DNA of 64,000 nucleotides. Source: an uncultured Pelagibacteraceae bacterium. Its GTDB lineage: Bacteria; Pseudomonadota; Alphaproteobacteria; Pelagibacterales; Pelagibacteraceae. Where the stretch lies: contig CACGBP010000002.1 in NCBI GenBank assembly GCA_902571375.1, forward strand, positions 113,986 to 177,985, read 5' to 3'. Below are positions 24,101 through 32,939 of the stretch, in pieces. The notes under the pieces are model-generated. The model searched no databases. It was not told the DNA's origin and saw nothing but the letters and a program-made list of their open reading frames with translations. Position 1 is the stretch's first letter, and each line of letters starts with the position of its first letter. The position numbers were made by a program, and so were the translations under genes.

Positions 24101-25189
24101 ATCGTTAAAAATTGTTGTTAATAAATAAGGCCCCTTATTGATTGAATTTGTAACTGATAGTTGCAAATCATAAACTTTAGAGTCTATAATTTGTTGAATA
24201 ATAGTGTCATTAAGTTCAGTTCCAATTTTTAAAGTATCGTTTTCAGTATCATTGATTTTAATATCTCTGTGTAAAAATTTTCCAAGTAGTGACTCTTTTG
24301 AAACTAAAATATCTTTTAAACCATTATCGAACAATTTTTTTGCATTAATAAAATTTATTTTTTCACCTAATTTAATGACAACCTTACCATTGCTAGCATC
24401 AATAACTTCTTCAGAAAAATTTTTTGCTTTATAATTTTCTGGATTAAATTTTGTTTTCCATTTTTCTGTTTTTAAATCATACTTAAAATTTTCATTATCA
24501 TAAAATTCATTAACTATATCTGATTTGCTAAATCCTAAGGCCAACAATAAAGTTGAAGCAAAAATTTTCTTTTTTCTATCAATTTTAAAATACAAAAAAT
24601 CTTTTACATCATATTCAAAATCTAACCATGATCCTCTATTTGGTATTACTCTACAATTAAATAAAAGTTTTCCACTCGCGTGTGTTTTTCCCTTATCATG
24701 ATCGAAGAAAACTCCTGGACTTCTATGCATTTGGTTAACAACAACTCTTTGAACACCATTAGTAATAAAAGTTCCACTATGTGTCATCATGGGCACTTCA
24801 CCCATGTAAACTTCTTGCTCTTTTGCTGAAAGAATATCTTTTGTGTTATTCTCTTGATCAATTTCGTATACAACTAACCTTAGTGTACATTTTAAGGCTG
24901 ATGAATATGTTAATCCTCTAGCTATACATTCTTCAACATCAAATTTTGGTTTTTCTAATCTATAAGAAACATATTCTAAAGTTGCTTTATCATTCAAATC
25001 TTCAATTGGAAAAATACTTTTAAATACTCTATCAAAACCTTTTGACAAATCACCAGCATCTAATACATTTTCTGTAAGTTCTTTATAGGAATTTTTTTGA
25101 ACTTCAATAAGGTTAGGTATAGATAAACTTTCTTTAAGTTTACCAAAACTTTTTCTTATATTTTTTTTTTCAGTAAAAGATATTTGCAT
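21101..25189 (-). CDS. rpoB: RNA polymerase beta subunit
   Basis: [39 protein letters not shown]. Confidence 0.99.
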   Translation of the reverse strand: MQISFTEKKNIRKSFGKLKESLSIPNLIEVQKNSYKELTENVLDAGDLSKGFDRVFKSIFPIEDLNDKATLEYVSYRLEKPKFDVEECIARGLTYSSALKCTLRLVVYEIDQENNTKDILSAKEQEVYMGEVPMMTHSGTFITNGVQRVVVNQMHRSPGVFFDHDKGKTHASGKLLFNCRVIPNRGSWLDFEYDVKDFLYFKIDRKKKIFASTLLLALGFSKSDIVNEFYDNENFKYDLKTEKWKTKFNPENYKAKNFSEEVIDASNGKVVIKLGEKINFINAKKLFDNGLKDILVSKESLLGKFLHRDIKINDTENDTLKIGTELNDTIIQQIIDSKVYDLQLSVTNSINKGPYLLTTIFNDKNNTKDEAITEIYKMLRPGEPPTIEIATQIFNNLFFSSDRYDLSDVGRVKMNSRLNLECSDKITILRNDDIIAIIHKMLDLRDGKDEVDDIDHLGNRRVRSVGELVENQARIGVYRMERAIKEKMTTLDVESAMPQDLINAKPLTVSLKDFFASSQLSQFMDQTNPLSEITHKRRVSALGPGGLTRERAGFEVRDVHPTHYGRICPIETPEGPNIGLINSLSTYAKINKYGFIESPYKRVKDGVVQDKVEYLSAMEETKYTIAQANTQIDKNGKIVEELVSCRQNLNFLLSKPETIDYIDVSPKQLVSVAASLIPFLENDDANRALMGSNMMRQAVPLLKPESPLVGTGIESDVALDSGVTIVAKRDGVVDKIDGKRIVIKVTEEIDYTKSGVDIYNLQKFKRSNQNTCINQKPLVRVGDKVKSGDIIADGPSTKLGELALGKNVTVAFMPWQGYNFEDSILISERCVTDDVFTSVHIVEYEIMARDTKLGEEEITRDIPNVNEEALKNLDESGIVYIGAEVNAGDILVGKVTPKGDSASGPEEKLLRSIFGEKAIDVTDTSLRMSRGSSGTVVDVRVFNRHGIEKDERSITIERAEIEQVQQDKIVEEEILERSIKQRAAQILSGVSLSKKIKDLKEGTKIDSQNIYQISINEIFKINPGDSKNTSALDQLKDQYNKAKLDITERFEDKVLKIRSGDDLLPSVMKMVKVFVAIKRRLRPGDKMSGRHGNKGVVSKIVPVEDMPYREDGRPVDIVLNPLGVPSRMNVGQILETHLGWACKEFGEQVKNLINENNKKIEKTQKVADFLKSVYGEEIYNDKVDKLSKTEFVDLCENLQNGIAISTPVFDGAKEKNVTEMLELAQLPGSGQTFLWDGRTGERFDRPVTVGIIYMLKLHHLVEDKIHARSTGPYSLVTQQPLGGKAQLGGQRFGEMEVWALEAYGASYTLQEILTVKSDDVAGRVKVYETIVKGEENFESGIPESFNVLVKEIKSLALNVELN

Positions 25190-25194
25190 CCATG

Positions 25195-25230
25195 TTTAAG
25201 TACTGATTAAAAAATTAATCAGTACTTAAA
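25195..25230. repeat. Perfect 16-bp inverted repeat with 4-nt loop in the rplL-rpoB spacer
   Basis: TTTAAGTACTGATTAA-AAAA-TTAATCAGTACTTAAA. Confidence 0.95.
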
Positions 25231-25245
25231 AAATCCTTTTTAAAT

Positions 25246-25611
25246 TTATTTAAGTTCTACTTTTGCGCCTGCAGCTTCTAACTTAGCTTTAATTTCTTCA
25301 GCTTCTTTTTTTGGAACACCAGCTTTAACTTCTTTTGGTGCACCCTCTACTAAATCTTTAGCTTCTTTTAAACCAAGTGATGTGGCTGCTCTTACTTCTT
25401 TAATAACGTTAATTTTTTTATCACCAGCTGATACCAACATTATTGTAAAATCATCTTTATCTTCTGCTGCTGCGGCACCACCTGCTGCAGCTGGAGCTGC
25501 TGCTGCCATTGGAGTTACACCCCATTTTTCTTCTAGTTGTTTTGAAAGATCTGCTGCTTCCGCAACAGTCAATTTTGATAAATCGTCTATAATTTTATTA
25601 AGGTCAGGCAT
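25246..25611 (-). CDS. rplL: 50S ribosomal protein L7/L12
   Basis: Ala-rich hinge, [20 protein letters not shown]. Confidence 0.99.
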   Translation of the reverse strand: MPDLNKIIDDLSKLTVAEAADLSKQLEEKWGVTPMAAAAPAAAGGAAAAEDKDDFTIMLVSAGDKKINVIKEVRAATSLGLKEAKDLVEGAPKEVKAGVPKKEAEEIKAKLEAAGAKVELK

Positions 25612-25623
25612 ATAATCTACTCT

Positions 25624-26139
25624 TTAGGTTGTTTTTTCAGAATTTTCTGGAGGTAAACTACTCATTTTTTCTGATCGTGCAAGTAAAATACTTACTAATT
25701 TTGAAGCTGAAGCGTTTAAAATACCTACAATATTCGCTCTTGCTTCATCTAATGTTGGTAAATTTGCTACATTTTGAACCCCCGCTTGATCCAGAATTTC
25801 ATTTTCCATTAATCCACCAATTAATTTTAGATTCTCGTTATCTTTTGCAAATTTCGAAAGTATCCTAGCGGACATTATAGCATCCTCACCAAATGCTACT
25901 GCGGTTGGACCAGTGAATAAATTTGATAAATCCTTACACTTTGTTTTTTCTAAAGCTAATTTTGTAATTCTATTTTTTGTTATTTTAAAAATAATTCCAT
26001 GTTCTCTCATTTTAGCTCTCAATTCATCTAGTTGAGTCATTGTTAAGCCTTGATAATGAGTGACCATTATAGCCTTACTGTTTTCAAATTGGTTAGTCAT
26101 CTCTTCTATATAATTTTTCTTCTGTTCTTTGTTCATCAT
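25624..26139 (-). CDS. rplJ: 50S ribosomal protein L10
   Basis: Y.GLT..Q...LR, KN, F.GPTA; precedes rplL. Confidence 0.96.
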   Translation of the reverse strand: MMNKEQKKNYIEEMTNQFENSKAIMVTHYQGLTMTQLDELRAKMREHGIIFKITKNRITKLALEKTKCKDLSNLFTGPTAVAFGEDAIMSARILSKFAKDNENLKLIGGLMENEILDQAGVQNVANLPTLDEARANIVGILNASASKLVSILLARSEKMSSLPPENSEKTT

Positions 26140-26141
26140 AA

Positions 26142-26831
26142 CTATATCGACTTCCCTAATTTAACTTTATATGAAACACCCATTGTTGAAGTAGCAAATA
26201 CACTCTTTATTAAATCACCCTTTAGGGTATTGTTTGATTTTTCTTTTTCTAAAGCATCCAAAATAGCATTGTAGTTTTTTAGTAATTGATCTTCACTAAA
26301 AGATTTTTTGCCAATACTTACTCCAATATTACCATCTTTATCATTTCTGATCTCAACTTGACCAGATTTAGCATTAGTAACTGCCTCTTTAATATTTTCA
26401 GAAACTGATCCAAGTTTCGGGTTTGGCATTAAACCTTTTGGACCTAAAACTTTACCTAATTTTGAAAGTTTAATCATCATTCCAGGTGTACAAATTAATT
26501 TTTCAAAATTTAATTCTCCACCTTTAATTCTTTCTACTAACTCATCACCACCAACAATATCTGCACCAGCATCTTTTGCATCTTTTGCTTTATTATCTTC
26601 ACAAACTACTGCAACTTTTATTTTTTTACCAGTTCCGCCAGGTAAATTAACAACTGTTCTGATATTAACTTCACTTTTTTTTTGTTTATTATTTATTTGA
26701 AAACTTAAATCTAAAGACTCATCAAATTTAGTTGTGCAATTTTTTTTAAGATCAGGCAATAATTTTTCAATAGACACTGCACTCAAGTCTTTTGTTTTTT
26801 CAGGTAATTTCTTAAATCTTTTAGATGCCAT
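26142..26831 (-). CDS. rplA: 50S ribosomal protein L1
   Basis: KFDESLD, LGKVLGPKGLMPNPK, STMG. Confidence 0.98.
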   Translation of the reverse strand: MASKRFKKLPEKTKDLSAVSIEKLLPDLKKNCTTKFDESLDLSFQINNKQKKSEVNIRTVVNLPGGTGKKIKVAVVCEDNKAKDAKDAGADIVGGDELVERIKGGELNFEKLICTPGMMIKLSKLGKVLGPKGLMPNPKLGSVSENIKEAVTNAKSGQVEIRNDKDGNIGVSIGKKSFSEDQLLKNYNAILDALEKEKSNNTLKGDLIKSVFATSTMGVSYKVKLGKSI

Positions 26832-27262
26832 TATTCTTTAACCTCTATTCCCATTGATCTTGCTGATCCTGCAATTATTTTTACTGCTTGCTCTAAATCT
26901 AAAGCGTTCAAATCTTCCATTTTTTGTTTTGCAATTTCTTCAGCTTGTTTTTTTGTTATTGATGCAACGATATTTCTGCCTGGCTCTTGAGAACCACTTT
27001 TTAATTTAGCGGCTTCTCTAATAAAAAAAGACGCTGGAGGAGACTTTATTTTAAAATCAAACTTTTTATCTTTGTAGACTGTAATTTCAACAGGCACTGG
27101 TTTACCTGCTAATGATTTTGTTTTATCATTAAAAGCTTTACAGAATTCCATTATGTTTACACCACGTTGTCCTAATGCTGGACCTACAGGTGGCGCAGGA
27201 TTGGCTTGTCCACCTTTAATTTGTAGTTTTATAAATCCACTAATTTCTTTTTTTGCTGCCAT
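26831..27262 (-). CDS. rplK: 50S ribosomal protein L11
   Basis: [24 protein letters not shown]. Confidence 0.99.
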   Translation of the reverse strand: MAAKKEISGFIKLQIKGGQANPAPPVGPALGQRGVNIMEFCKAFNDKTKSLAGKPVPVEITVYKDKKFDFKIKSPPASFFIREAAKLKSGSQEPGRNIVASITKKQAEEIAKQKMEDLNALDLEQAVKIIAGSARSMGIEVKE

Positions 27263-27792
27263 TAACTTACTTTCTCAACTTGATTATATTCTAAATCAAC
27301 TGGTGTTGGTCTTCCAAATATAGAAACTGATACCTTTAGTCTAGATTTTTCTTCATCTATGTCTTCCACCATTCCACTAAATGATGCAAAAGGTCCATCT
27401 ACGACTTGAACTTTTTCACCAACGCTGTACTCTATACCAGATTTTGGTTGTGCTACACCATCTTTTATTTGACCTAAAATCTTCTCAATTTCTTTATCTG
27501 ATACAGGTACAGGAATACCTCTGGTACCCAGAAAACCACTTACTCTTTTTATATTTTTAATCATATGATAAATATCATTATCCATCTCACTTTTAATCAA
27601 AACATAACCAGGAAAATATTTCTTTTTTCTCTGTATTCTTTTCCCCCTTTTGACTTCAGTAACATCGTGTGTAGGTACTATTATTTCCTCAAACTTTTCA
27701 GAAATTTTAGCTTTATCTGCTTCTTCTTTTATTACAGCAGCTACTTTATTTTCAAAACTTGAATGAGATTGAACTATGTACCAGTTTTTCAT
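27262..27792 (-). CDS. nusG: Transcription factor NusG
   Basis: WY, FPGYVL, KOW DGPF..F.G, IFGRPTP; start ATG 27792 overlaps secE stop. Confidence 0.97.
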   Translation of the reverse strand: MKNWYIVQSHSSFENKVAAVIKEEADKAKISEKFEEIIVPTHDVTEVKRGKRIQRKKKYFPGYVLIKSEMDNDIYHMIKNIKRVSGFLGTRGIPVPVSDKEIEKILGQIKDGVAQPKSGIEYSVGEKVQVVDGPFASFSGMVEDIDEEKSRLKVSVSIFGRPTPVDLEYNQVEKVS

Positions 27793-27983
27793 TAAATACT
27801 TACCTTCAGTAACATTTCTAAAAAAAACTTTAAAATTTGGTCTAACAAAAGAAAAAATAGAGACATTACAACTGCCATCAAAAAAACCATTAAAGCACCT
27901 TGAAGTGTTTCCTTCATAGTGGGCCAAGTTACTTTGAAAGCCTCCTGTTTTACTTCTTGTATAAATTTAACCGGGTTTTTCAT
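27792..27983 (-). CDS. secE: Preprotein translocase SecE
   Basis: EV..E..KVTWP plus one TM helix; between tRNA-Trp and nusG. Confidence 0.96.
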   Translation of the reverse strand: MKNPVKFIQEVKQEAFKVTWPTMKETLQGALMVFLMAVVMSLFFLLLDQILKFFLEMLLKVSI

Positions 27984-28003
27984 AATTTCATCAAACCTTT
28001 AAT

Positions 28004-28079
28004 TGGCAGGAGCGGAGGGACTCGAACCCTCAGCCTCCGGTTTTGGAGACCGGCGCTCTACCAATTGAGCTACACTCCT
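28004..28079 (-). tRNA. tRNA-Trp(CCA)
   Basis: 76-nt cloverleaf; anticodon arm CCGGT-CTCCAAA-ACCGG; GTTCGAG; encoded CCA. Confidence 0.97.
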
Positions 28080-28088
28080 ATATAGAGC

Positions 28089-29279
28089 TTACTCTATAAT
28101 TTTAGTTACTACTCCAGCTCCAACAGTTCTTCCACCTTCACGAATAGCAAAGTTTAATTTCTCTGACATCGCAATTGGTGTGATTAACTTCACAGTAAAT
28201 TTAGCATCATCACCTGGCATAACCATTTCTGTTCCTGCAGGTAATTCAACTTCTCCTGTAACGTCAGTAGTTCTAAAATAGAACTGTGGTCTATACTTAG
28301 TAAAGAATGGTGTATGTCTTCCACCTTCTTCCTTTTTTAACACATAAGCTTGAGCTTCAAATTTAGTATGTGGTGTAACAGATCCTGGTTTACAAAGAAC
28401 TTGTCCTCTTTCAATATCAGTTCTCTCAACACCTCTTAAAAGAACTCCAACGTTATCACCAGCCTCACCTGAGTCTAAAAGTTTTCTAAACATTTCTACA
28501 CCGGTACAAACTGTCTTTTTAGTTTCTCTTATTCCAACTATTTCAAGTTCATCTCCAGTTTTAAGAACACCAGACTCTACTCTACCTGTTGCAACTGTAC
28601 CTCTTCCAGAAATGGAAAAAACGTCTTCAACAGGCATTAAGAAATCTTTATCTTTTGGTCTGTCAGGTTGTGGAATAAATTCATCAACATTTTTCATCAA
28701 TTCTAAAATTGAATTCTTTCCAATTTCATCATCTCTACCTTCAACAGCTGCTAGTGCAGAACCTTTAGCAATTGGAGTTTTGTCTCCTGGAAATTTATAA
28801 GAAGTTAATAATTCTTTAATTTCTTCCTCAACTAAATCAATCATTTCTTTGTCGTCTACTTGATCTACTTTATTTAGATAAACACAAATTGCTGGAACAC
28901 CAACTTGTCTTGCTAAAAGAATATGCTCTCTTGTTTGAGGCATTGGACCATCAGCAGCATTTACTACTAGGATAGCTCCATCCATTTGTGCTGCTCCTGT
29001 AATCATATTTTTTACATAGTCAGCGTGACCAGGACAATCTACGTGCGCGTAGTGTCTTTTCTCTGTTTCGTATTCGACGTGCGCAGTTGAAATTGTAATT
29101 CCTCTCTCTTTTTCCTCTGGAGCTTTATCAATTTGATCATACGCTATTGCTTGAGCTCCACCAGTTTCAGATAAAACTTTAGTGATAGCCGCAGTTAAAG
29201 TTGTTTTACCGTGGTCGACATGGCCAATTGTACCAATGTTACAATGCGGTTTATTTCTTACAAATTTTTCTTTTGACAT
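28089..29279 (-). CDS. tuf: Elongation factor Tu
   Basis: [30 protein letters not shown]. Confidence 0.99.
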   Translation of the reverse strand: MSKEKFVRNKPHCNIGTIGHVDHGKTTLTAAITKVLSETGGAQAIAYDQIDKAPEEKERGITISTAHVEYETEKRHYAHVDCPGHADYVKNMITGAAQMDGAILVVNAADGPMPQTREHILLARQVGVPAICVYLNKVDQVDDKEMIDLVEEEIKELLTSYKFPGDKTPIAKGSALAAVEGRDDEIGKNSILELMKNVDEFIPQPDRPKDKDFLMPVEDVFSISGRGTVATGRVESGVLKTGDELEIVGIRETKKTVCTGVEMFRKLLDSGEAGDNVGVLLRGVERTDIERGQVLCKPGSVTPHTKFEAQAYVLKKEEGGRHTPFFTKYRPQFYFRTTDVTGEVELPAGTEMVMPGDDAKFTVKLITPIAMSEKLNFAIREGGRTVGAGVVTKIIE

Positions 29280-29326
29280 TACTTATAATCCTCACATTTC
29301 TTTTTTTTTTTATAATTTCAACTTCT

Positions 29327-29400
29327 TGGAGCGGGTAAAGGGAATCGAACCCTTACATCCAGCTTGGAAGGCTAGCGTTCTACCATTGAACTACACCCGC
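29327..29400 (-). tRNA. tRNA-Gly(TCC)
   Basis: 74 nt; CTAGC-CTTCCAA-GCTGG; GTTCGAT; CCA end. Confidence 0.97.
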
Positions 29401-29445
29401 AAAACCCCAAGAGTAACACTCCAGTATTATTAAAAGTTTATTGAA

Positions 29446-29531
29446 TGGTGGAGGGGGAAAGATTCGAACTTTCGAAGACCGAAGTCAACGGGTTTACAGC
29501 CCGCCCCATTTGACCGCTCTGGAACCCCTCC
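29446..29531 (-). tRNA. tRNA-Tyr(GTA)
   Basis: 86 nt with variable arm; GCGGG-CTGTAAA-CCCGT; CCA end. Confidence 0.97.
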
Positions 29532-29579
29532 CTTAGGGGAAGTGTCCCCTTGTTCAATAAAGCTTCAAACAACAAGCGT

Positions 29580-29607
29580 TTTATATATTTTATTTGTCCA
29601 AATGCAA
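29580..29607 (-). promoter_or_regulatory. Putative promoter of the tRNA-Tyr-Gly-tuf operon
   Basis: TTGCAT-N16-TATAAA. Confidence 0.6.
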
Positions 29608-29661
29608 CACGTGATTTAATAAGAAATTGTTAAAAAAAACGTGTAAAATAAAGGATAATTT

Positions 29662-30414
29662 ATGAATAAATCATCTTTTTTTATCATTGGACAGCATGCT
29701 GTTATGGAAGCACTAAGAAACCCAAAAAGAAAAGTTTTAAGGGCTTTTCTCACAGAAGAAAGTAAAAAAAATATTCACAGAAAAAGCCCAAATAAAAATT
29801 TATTAGATAACGTCAAAGTTTATTTTAAAACAAAAAAAGAATTGGACAAATATAGTACTAAAGAAAATTTATTACATCAGGGATATGTTGCTGAAATTGA
29901 ACATATTGAAAAGCCTATTTTAAAAGAATTTATAAAAAAAAAAGACAACATCACTCTCGTGTGTCTAGATGGTGTTACTGATCCAAGAAATATTGGATCT
30001 TTAATAAGAAGTGCCGCATCTTTTCAGATTGATGGAATAATAATTAAAGAACGAAATTTTCCTAGGGAAAGTAAACTTATGTATAAAGCTGCTAGTGGAG
30101 CAATTGAATATATGAAAATATTTGAAGTATCCAATATAAACTCAACTTTAAAAAATTTAAAAGATAAGAATTTTTGGGTTTATGGTTTTGATGGTAATGG
30201 AAAAAAGAATTTTACAGAAATAGAATGGAAAGGAAATAATATTCTTTTATTTGGATCAGAAGGTTTTGGCATGCACAAACATACTTCTAAATATGCTGAT
30301 TTTTTAGTCAAAATAGAAATTAGTGAAAAAATTGAAAGTTTGAATATATCTAATAGTGCAGCAATTGTATTTCACCACTTAAGTTATATAAAAAAAGAGT
30401 TGATTAATTCATAA
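29662..30414 (+). CDS. rlmB: 23S rRNA Gm2251 2'-O-methyltransferase (SpoU family)
   Basis: HQG, LDGVTDPRNIGS..RSA, GSEG.G, ESLNISN; divergent from tRNA-Tyr. Confidence 0.9.
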   Translation: MNKSSFFIIGQHAVMEALRNPKRKVLRAFLTEESKKNIHRKSPNKNLLDNVKVYFKTKKELDKYSTKENLLHQGYVAEIEHIEKPILKEFIKKKDNITLVCLDGVTDPRNIGSLIRSAASFQIDGIIIKERNFPRESKLMYKAASGAIEYMKIFEVSNINSTLKNLKDKNFWVYGFDGNGKKNFTEIEWKGNNILLFGSEGFGMHKHTSKYADFLVKIEISEKIESLNISNSAAIVFHHLSYIKKELINS

Positions 30415-30436
30415 ATACTGAATAATTATTGCGCAT

Positions 30437-30512
30437 GCCCTTGTAGCTCAGCTGGTAGAGCAATTGATTTGTAATCAATAGGTCCGCGGTTCGAATCCGT
30501 GCGGGGGCACCA
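30437..30512 (+). tRNA. tRNA-Thr(TGT)
   Basis: 76 nt; ATTGA-TTTGTAA-TCAAT; GTTCGAA; CCA end. Confidence 0.97.
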
Positions 30513-30556
30513 CTAAAACATAAGTTTCAAAAAAAAATTAAGAAAATTAATAAAAA

Positions 30557-31777
30557 TCAGATATAATATAAATTTGAACTAATTAAAAATAGAGTAAAAT
30601 ATATAAAAACAAAGTAAATATTAATTTTACTATTTTCTATTAAATCTTTAATAAATTTTGAATCAATTAAACTAAAAATTAGTATGAAAATTAGAGGATC
30701 ATAATATTTTTGATACAAATAAACAAATGGATAAGAGAAAATTAATATTAAGTAAATCAAATAATTTTTTCCAATTAAATCATTCAAACAGAATAAGATA
30801 ATTGATCCTATTAAAGAAAAGAAAATAATAAAGTTTAAATTTGTTACTTTACTAATTTTATAAAAAACACCACCACCATGAGATAACTCGGGTATATCAT
30901 AAAAAATTAAAACCAAAAAAGCTACCAAGGTAAGAAAAAATAATAAAAGTTTTTTTTGACTGAATTTATTTTTTAGGTCTCTAAAACTATGTTTGTTTAA
31001 AATTAATGGAAAAAAATAAAAAAAAAATAAAGATGTAAATATGAGAATATTAATAAGATAGTCAGAAGCCCAATAATAACCTGTTTGAATACCTTCAAAT
31101 TTAAATATAAAAAATACCCATATTAAAGCAGGTATAGATAATAAAAAATTAAATATTAGAACATAAAAATTTTCTAAAAGCTTTAGGTTTGATTGTATTG
31201 AAATGAAATAGAAGATGAAAAATAAAGCATAAGTTTGTCTTATATAACTTGCTATAATTAAATAAAAAAAGCATAATAATACGTTCTTGAAATAGTGATG
31301 TTGATAATTTTGAGCATTTAAAAAACTATTTATTGAAAAAAGAAAAAATAATAAAGCCAAATTATCAGTTGTTATCCAAACTGTAGAAGATCTAAAATAT
31401 GGTGACAAAAAAACAATTAAAGATAAAAAAAATAATTTATCATAACTTTTTTCTGAATAATTTTTTTTCAAAACATTATAAAAAACTAATGGAATACAAG
31501 AAGATACAATTAAATATAAATAGCTAACAAATTTCTCCCCCAAAAGACTATTTAAATTAGCTATAAAAATATAAAAAAAAGGTAAATGACCTTGATTATC
31601 ACTTTTGAATAATTCGATACCTAAGCTTAAATCTATTTGAAATTTATCAATATATTTTTTAGTTAATAAATAATCTATTTTTGCTCCACCACTAGAATTT
31701 TCACCTAAGATAACAGAAATTACTAATGTTAAAAAAAAAATTAAATAAATTAATATTTTTTGATTAAATGTTAACAT
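30557..31777 (-). CDS. Polytopic membrane protein, putative GT-C fold glycosyltransferase
   Basis: Many TM segments; Asp in first external loop; H.P..Y, SPYFRS..W.TTD, RQ.Y and YQKY.DP motifs; family call is inference. Confidence 0.55.
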   Translation of the reverse strand: MLTFNQKILIYLIFFLTLVISVILGENSSGGAKIDYLLTKKYIDKFQIDLSLGIELFKSDNQGHLPFFYIFIANLNSLLGEKFVSYLYLIVSSCIPLVFYNVLKKNYSEKSYDKLFFLSLIVFLSPYFRSSTVWITTDNLALLFFLFSINSFLNAQNYQHHYFKNVLLCFFYLIIASYIRQTYALFFIFYFISIQSNLKLLENFYVLIFNFLLSIPALIWVFFIFKFEGIQTGYYWASDYLINILIFTSLFFFYFFPLILNKHSFRDLKNKFSQKKLLLFFLTLVAFLVLIFYDIPELSHGGGVFYKISKVTNLNFIIFFSLIGSIILFCLNDLIGKNYLIYLILIFSYPFVYLYQKYYDPLIFILIFSLIDSKFIKDLIENSKINIYFVFIYFTLFLISSNLYYI

Positions 31778-31782
31778 TAAAA

Positions 31783-32553
31783 TTATTTGGTTTCTCTTTT
31801 AAGTTCCTCTAGTTTGATCTTTTTTTCAAGACTTCTGTTGGCATTATATAAAAGATTAAATTTAATCGTCTTATTAGTCTTCACAATTATATTTTTTGCA
31901 TTTCTAACTTCTATATTATCCGCAACGGCACTTATTGGTCTTTTAGTAGGATTTAAATTTTTAATTATAATTTTAGATTTATCATTCACAATCTTGCCTC
32001 TCCATCTTCGCGGTCTAAAAGGACTTATTGGTGAAATAGATAATTTTTTTGAGTTTAAACTTAAGATTGGTCCATGGACAGACAGATTATAAGCTGTACT
32101 TCCTGCAGGTGTTGATACAAGAACACCATCTGAAACTAATCTTTTAATTATTTTTTTTGAACCATAATTAATAGATAATAAGGCAGCCTGTCTACTTTGT
32201 CTGAGAATTGAAACTTCATTAATTGCCAGGTGTTTTTTGATTTGATTTTTATTATTTTTTACAATCATTTCTAATGGCGAAATAGTAATCATTTTACCCT
32301 TCGATAAATTCTTAGTTATATTTTTTAAAGAAAATTTATTCATTAAAAAACCATAATTCCCAGAATTAATTCCATAAAAAAGTTTTTTAGAATTTTTATT
32401 TTTCTTTAGTGTTTGAAGCATAAAACCATCACCACCAATAACTATTATTATGTTTGTTTTTTTTATTTTATTCTTAATTAAATATTTGGATAAATAAGAT
32501 CTTATCTTTAAAGACTTAAGATTTTTGTCAGAAATTATTTGTATTTTTCTCAT
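31783..32553 (-). CDS. nadK: NAD(+) kinase
   Basis: GGDG, NE, DG...STPAGSTAYNLS; start ATG 32553 (the track's longer start lies inside tRNA-Leu). Confidence 0.93.
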   Translation of the reverse strand: MRKIQIISDKNLKSLKIRSYLSKYLIKNKIKKTNIIIVIGGDGFMLQTLKKNKNSKKLFYGINSGNYGFLMNKFSLKNITKNLSKGKMITISPLEMIVKNNKNQIKKHLAINEVSILRQSRQAALLSINYGSKKIIKRLVSDGVLVSTPAGSTAYNLSVHGPILSLNSKKLSISPISPFRPRRWRGKIVNDKSKIIIKNLNPTKRPISAVADNIEVRNAKNIIVKTNKTIKFNLLYNANRSLEKKIKLEELKRETK

Positions 32554-32559
32554 CTCAAG

Positions 32560-32645
32560 TGGTGCCCTCGGCCAGACTCGAACTGGCACTCCGCAAGCGG
32601 CAAGGATTTTAAGTCCTTTGTGTCTACCAATTTCACCACGAGGGC
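32560..32645 (-). tRNA. tRNA-Leu(TAA)
   Basis: 86 nt with variable arm; AAGGA-CTTAAAA-TCCTT; CCA end. Confidence 0.97.
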
Positions 32646-32771
32646 ATTTGTGAATTTCATAAGTGTTTATGCTAATATTTATAATTGAACAAGATGAATA
32701 AGTAAATTTTTTTAATATTACTTTGAATAAATATACTATTAATTGTTAATAAATTCTAATATTAATAATTT

Positions 32772-32939
32772 ATGATCAATTTAAGAAGATTATTTTTAAA
32801 AAAGATTACTTTATTCTTTTTGTTTAGCAATTTTTTAAACTTTAATTTTTGGAACAAAAATACGTCAAAAAATTACTCAACCCTTACAAAGAGAAAATCA
32901 AATAAATACACTTGGTATTTAAATATAAATGATCTTTAA
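32772..32939 (+). CDS. 55-aa small protein with twin-arginine (Tat) signal motif; not in ORF track
   Basis: Manual translation MINLRRLFLKKITLFFLFSNFLNFNFWNKNTSKNYSTLTKRKSNKYTWYLNINDL*; RRxFLK then hydrophobic stretch; overlaps next start by 11 nt. Confidence 0.7.
   Translation: MINLRRLFLKKITLFFLFSNFLNFNFWNKNTSKNYSTLTKRKSNKYTWYLNINDL

Noticed and set aside
5463-24434. Plus-strand ORFs of 60-115 aa antisense to r-protein genes, fusA, rpoB and rpoC
   Set aside because: Shadow frames of conserved genes with no motifs or RBS
25195-25230. Hairpin as an intrinsic terminator or REP/MITE element
   Set aside because: No adjacent U-tract on either strand and no second copy noticed; kept as a regulatory finding instead
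27793-27927. 45-aa N-terminal extension of NusG in the ORF track
   Set aside because: Overlaps secE out of frame; ATG 27792 gives the canonical N-terminus
29301-29311. T11 run upstream of tuf and many A/T runs in island genes as phase-variation tracts
   Set aside because: Such runs are common throughout this AT-rich window, including core genes, and no frameshifted ORF was seen
27900-29433. Plus-strand ORFs 27900-28085, 28612-28800 and 29182-29433
   Set aside because: Antisense to tRNA-Trp, tuf and tRNA-Gly
32554-32589. NadK extension MPVRVWPRAPLE
   Set aside because: It is the translated T-arm and acceptor stem of tRNA-Leu
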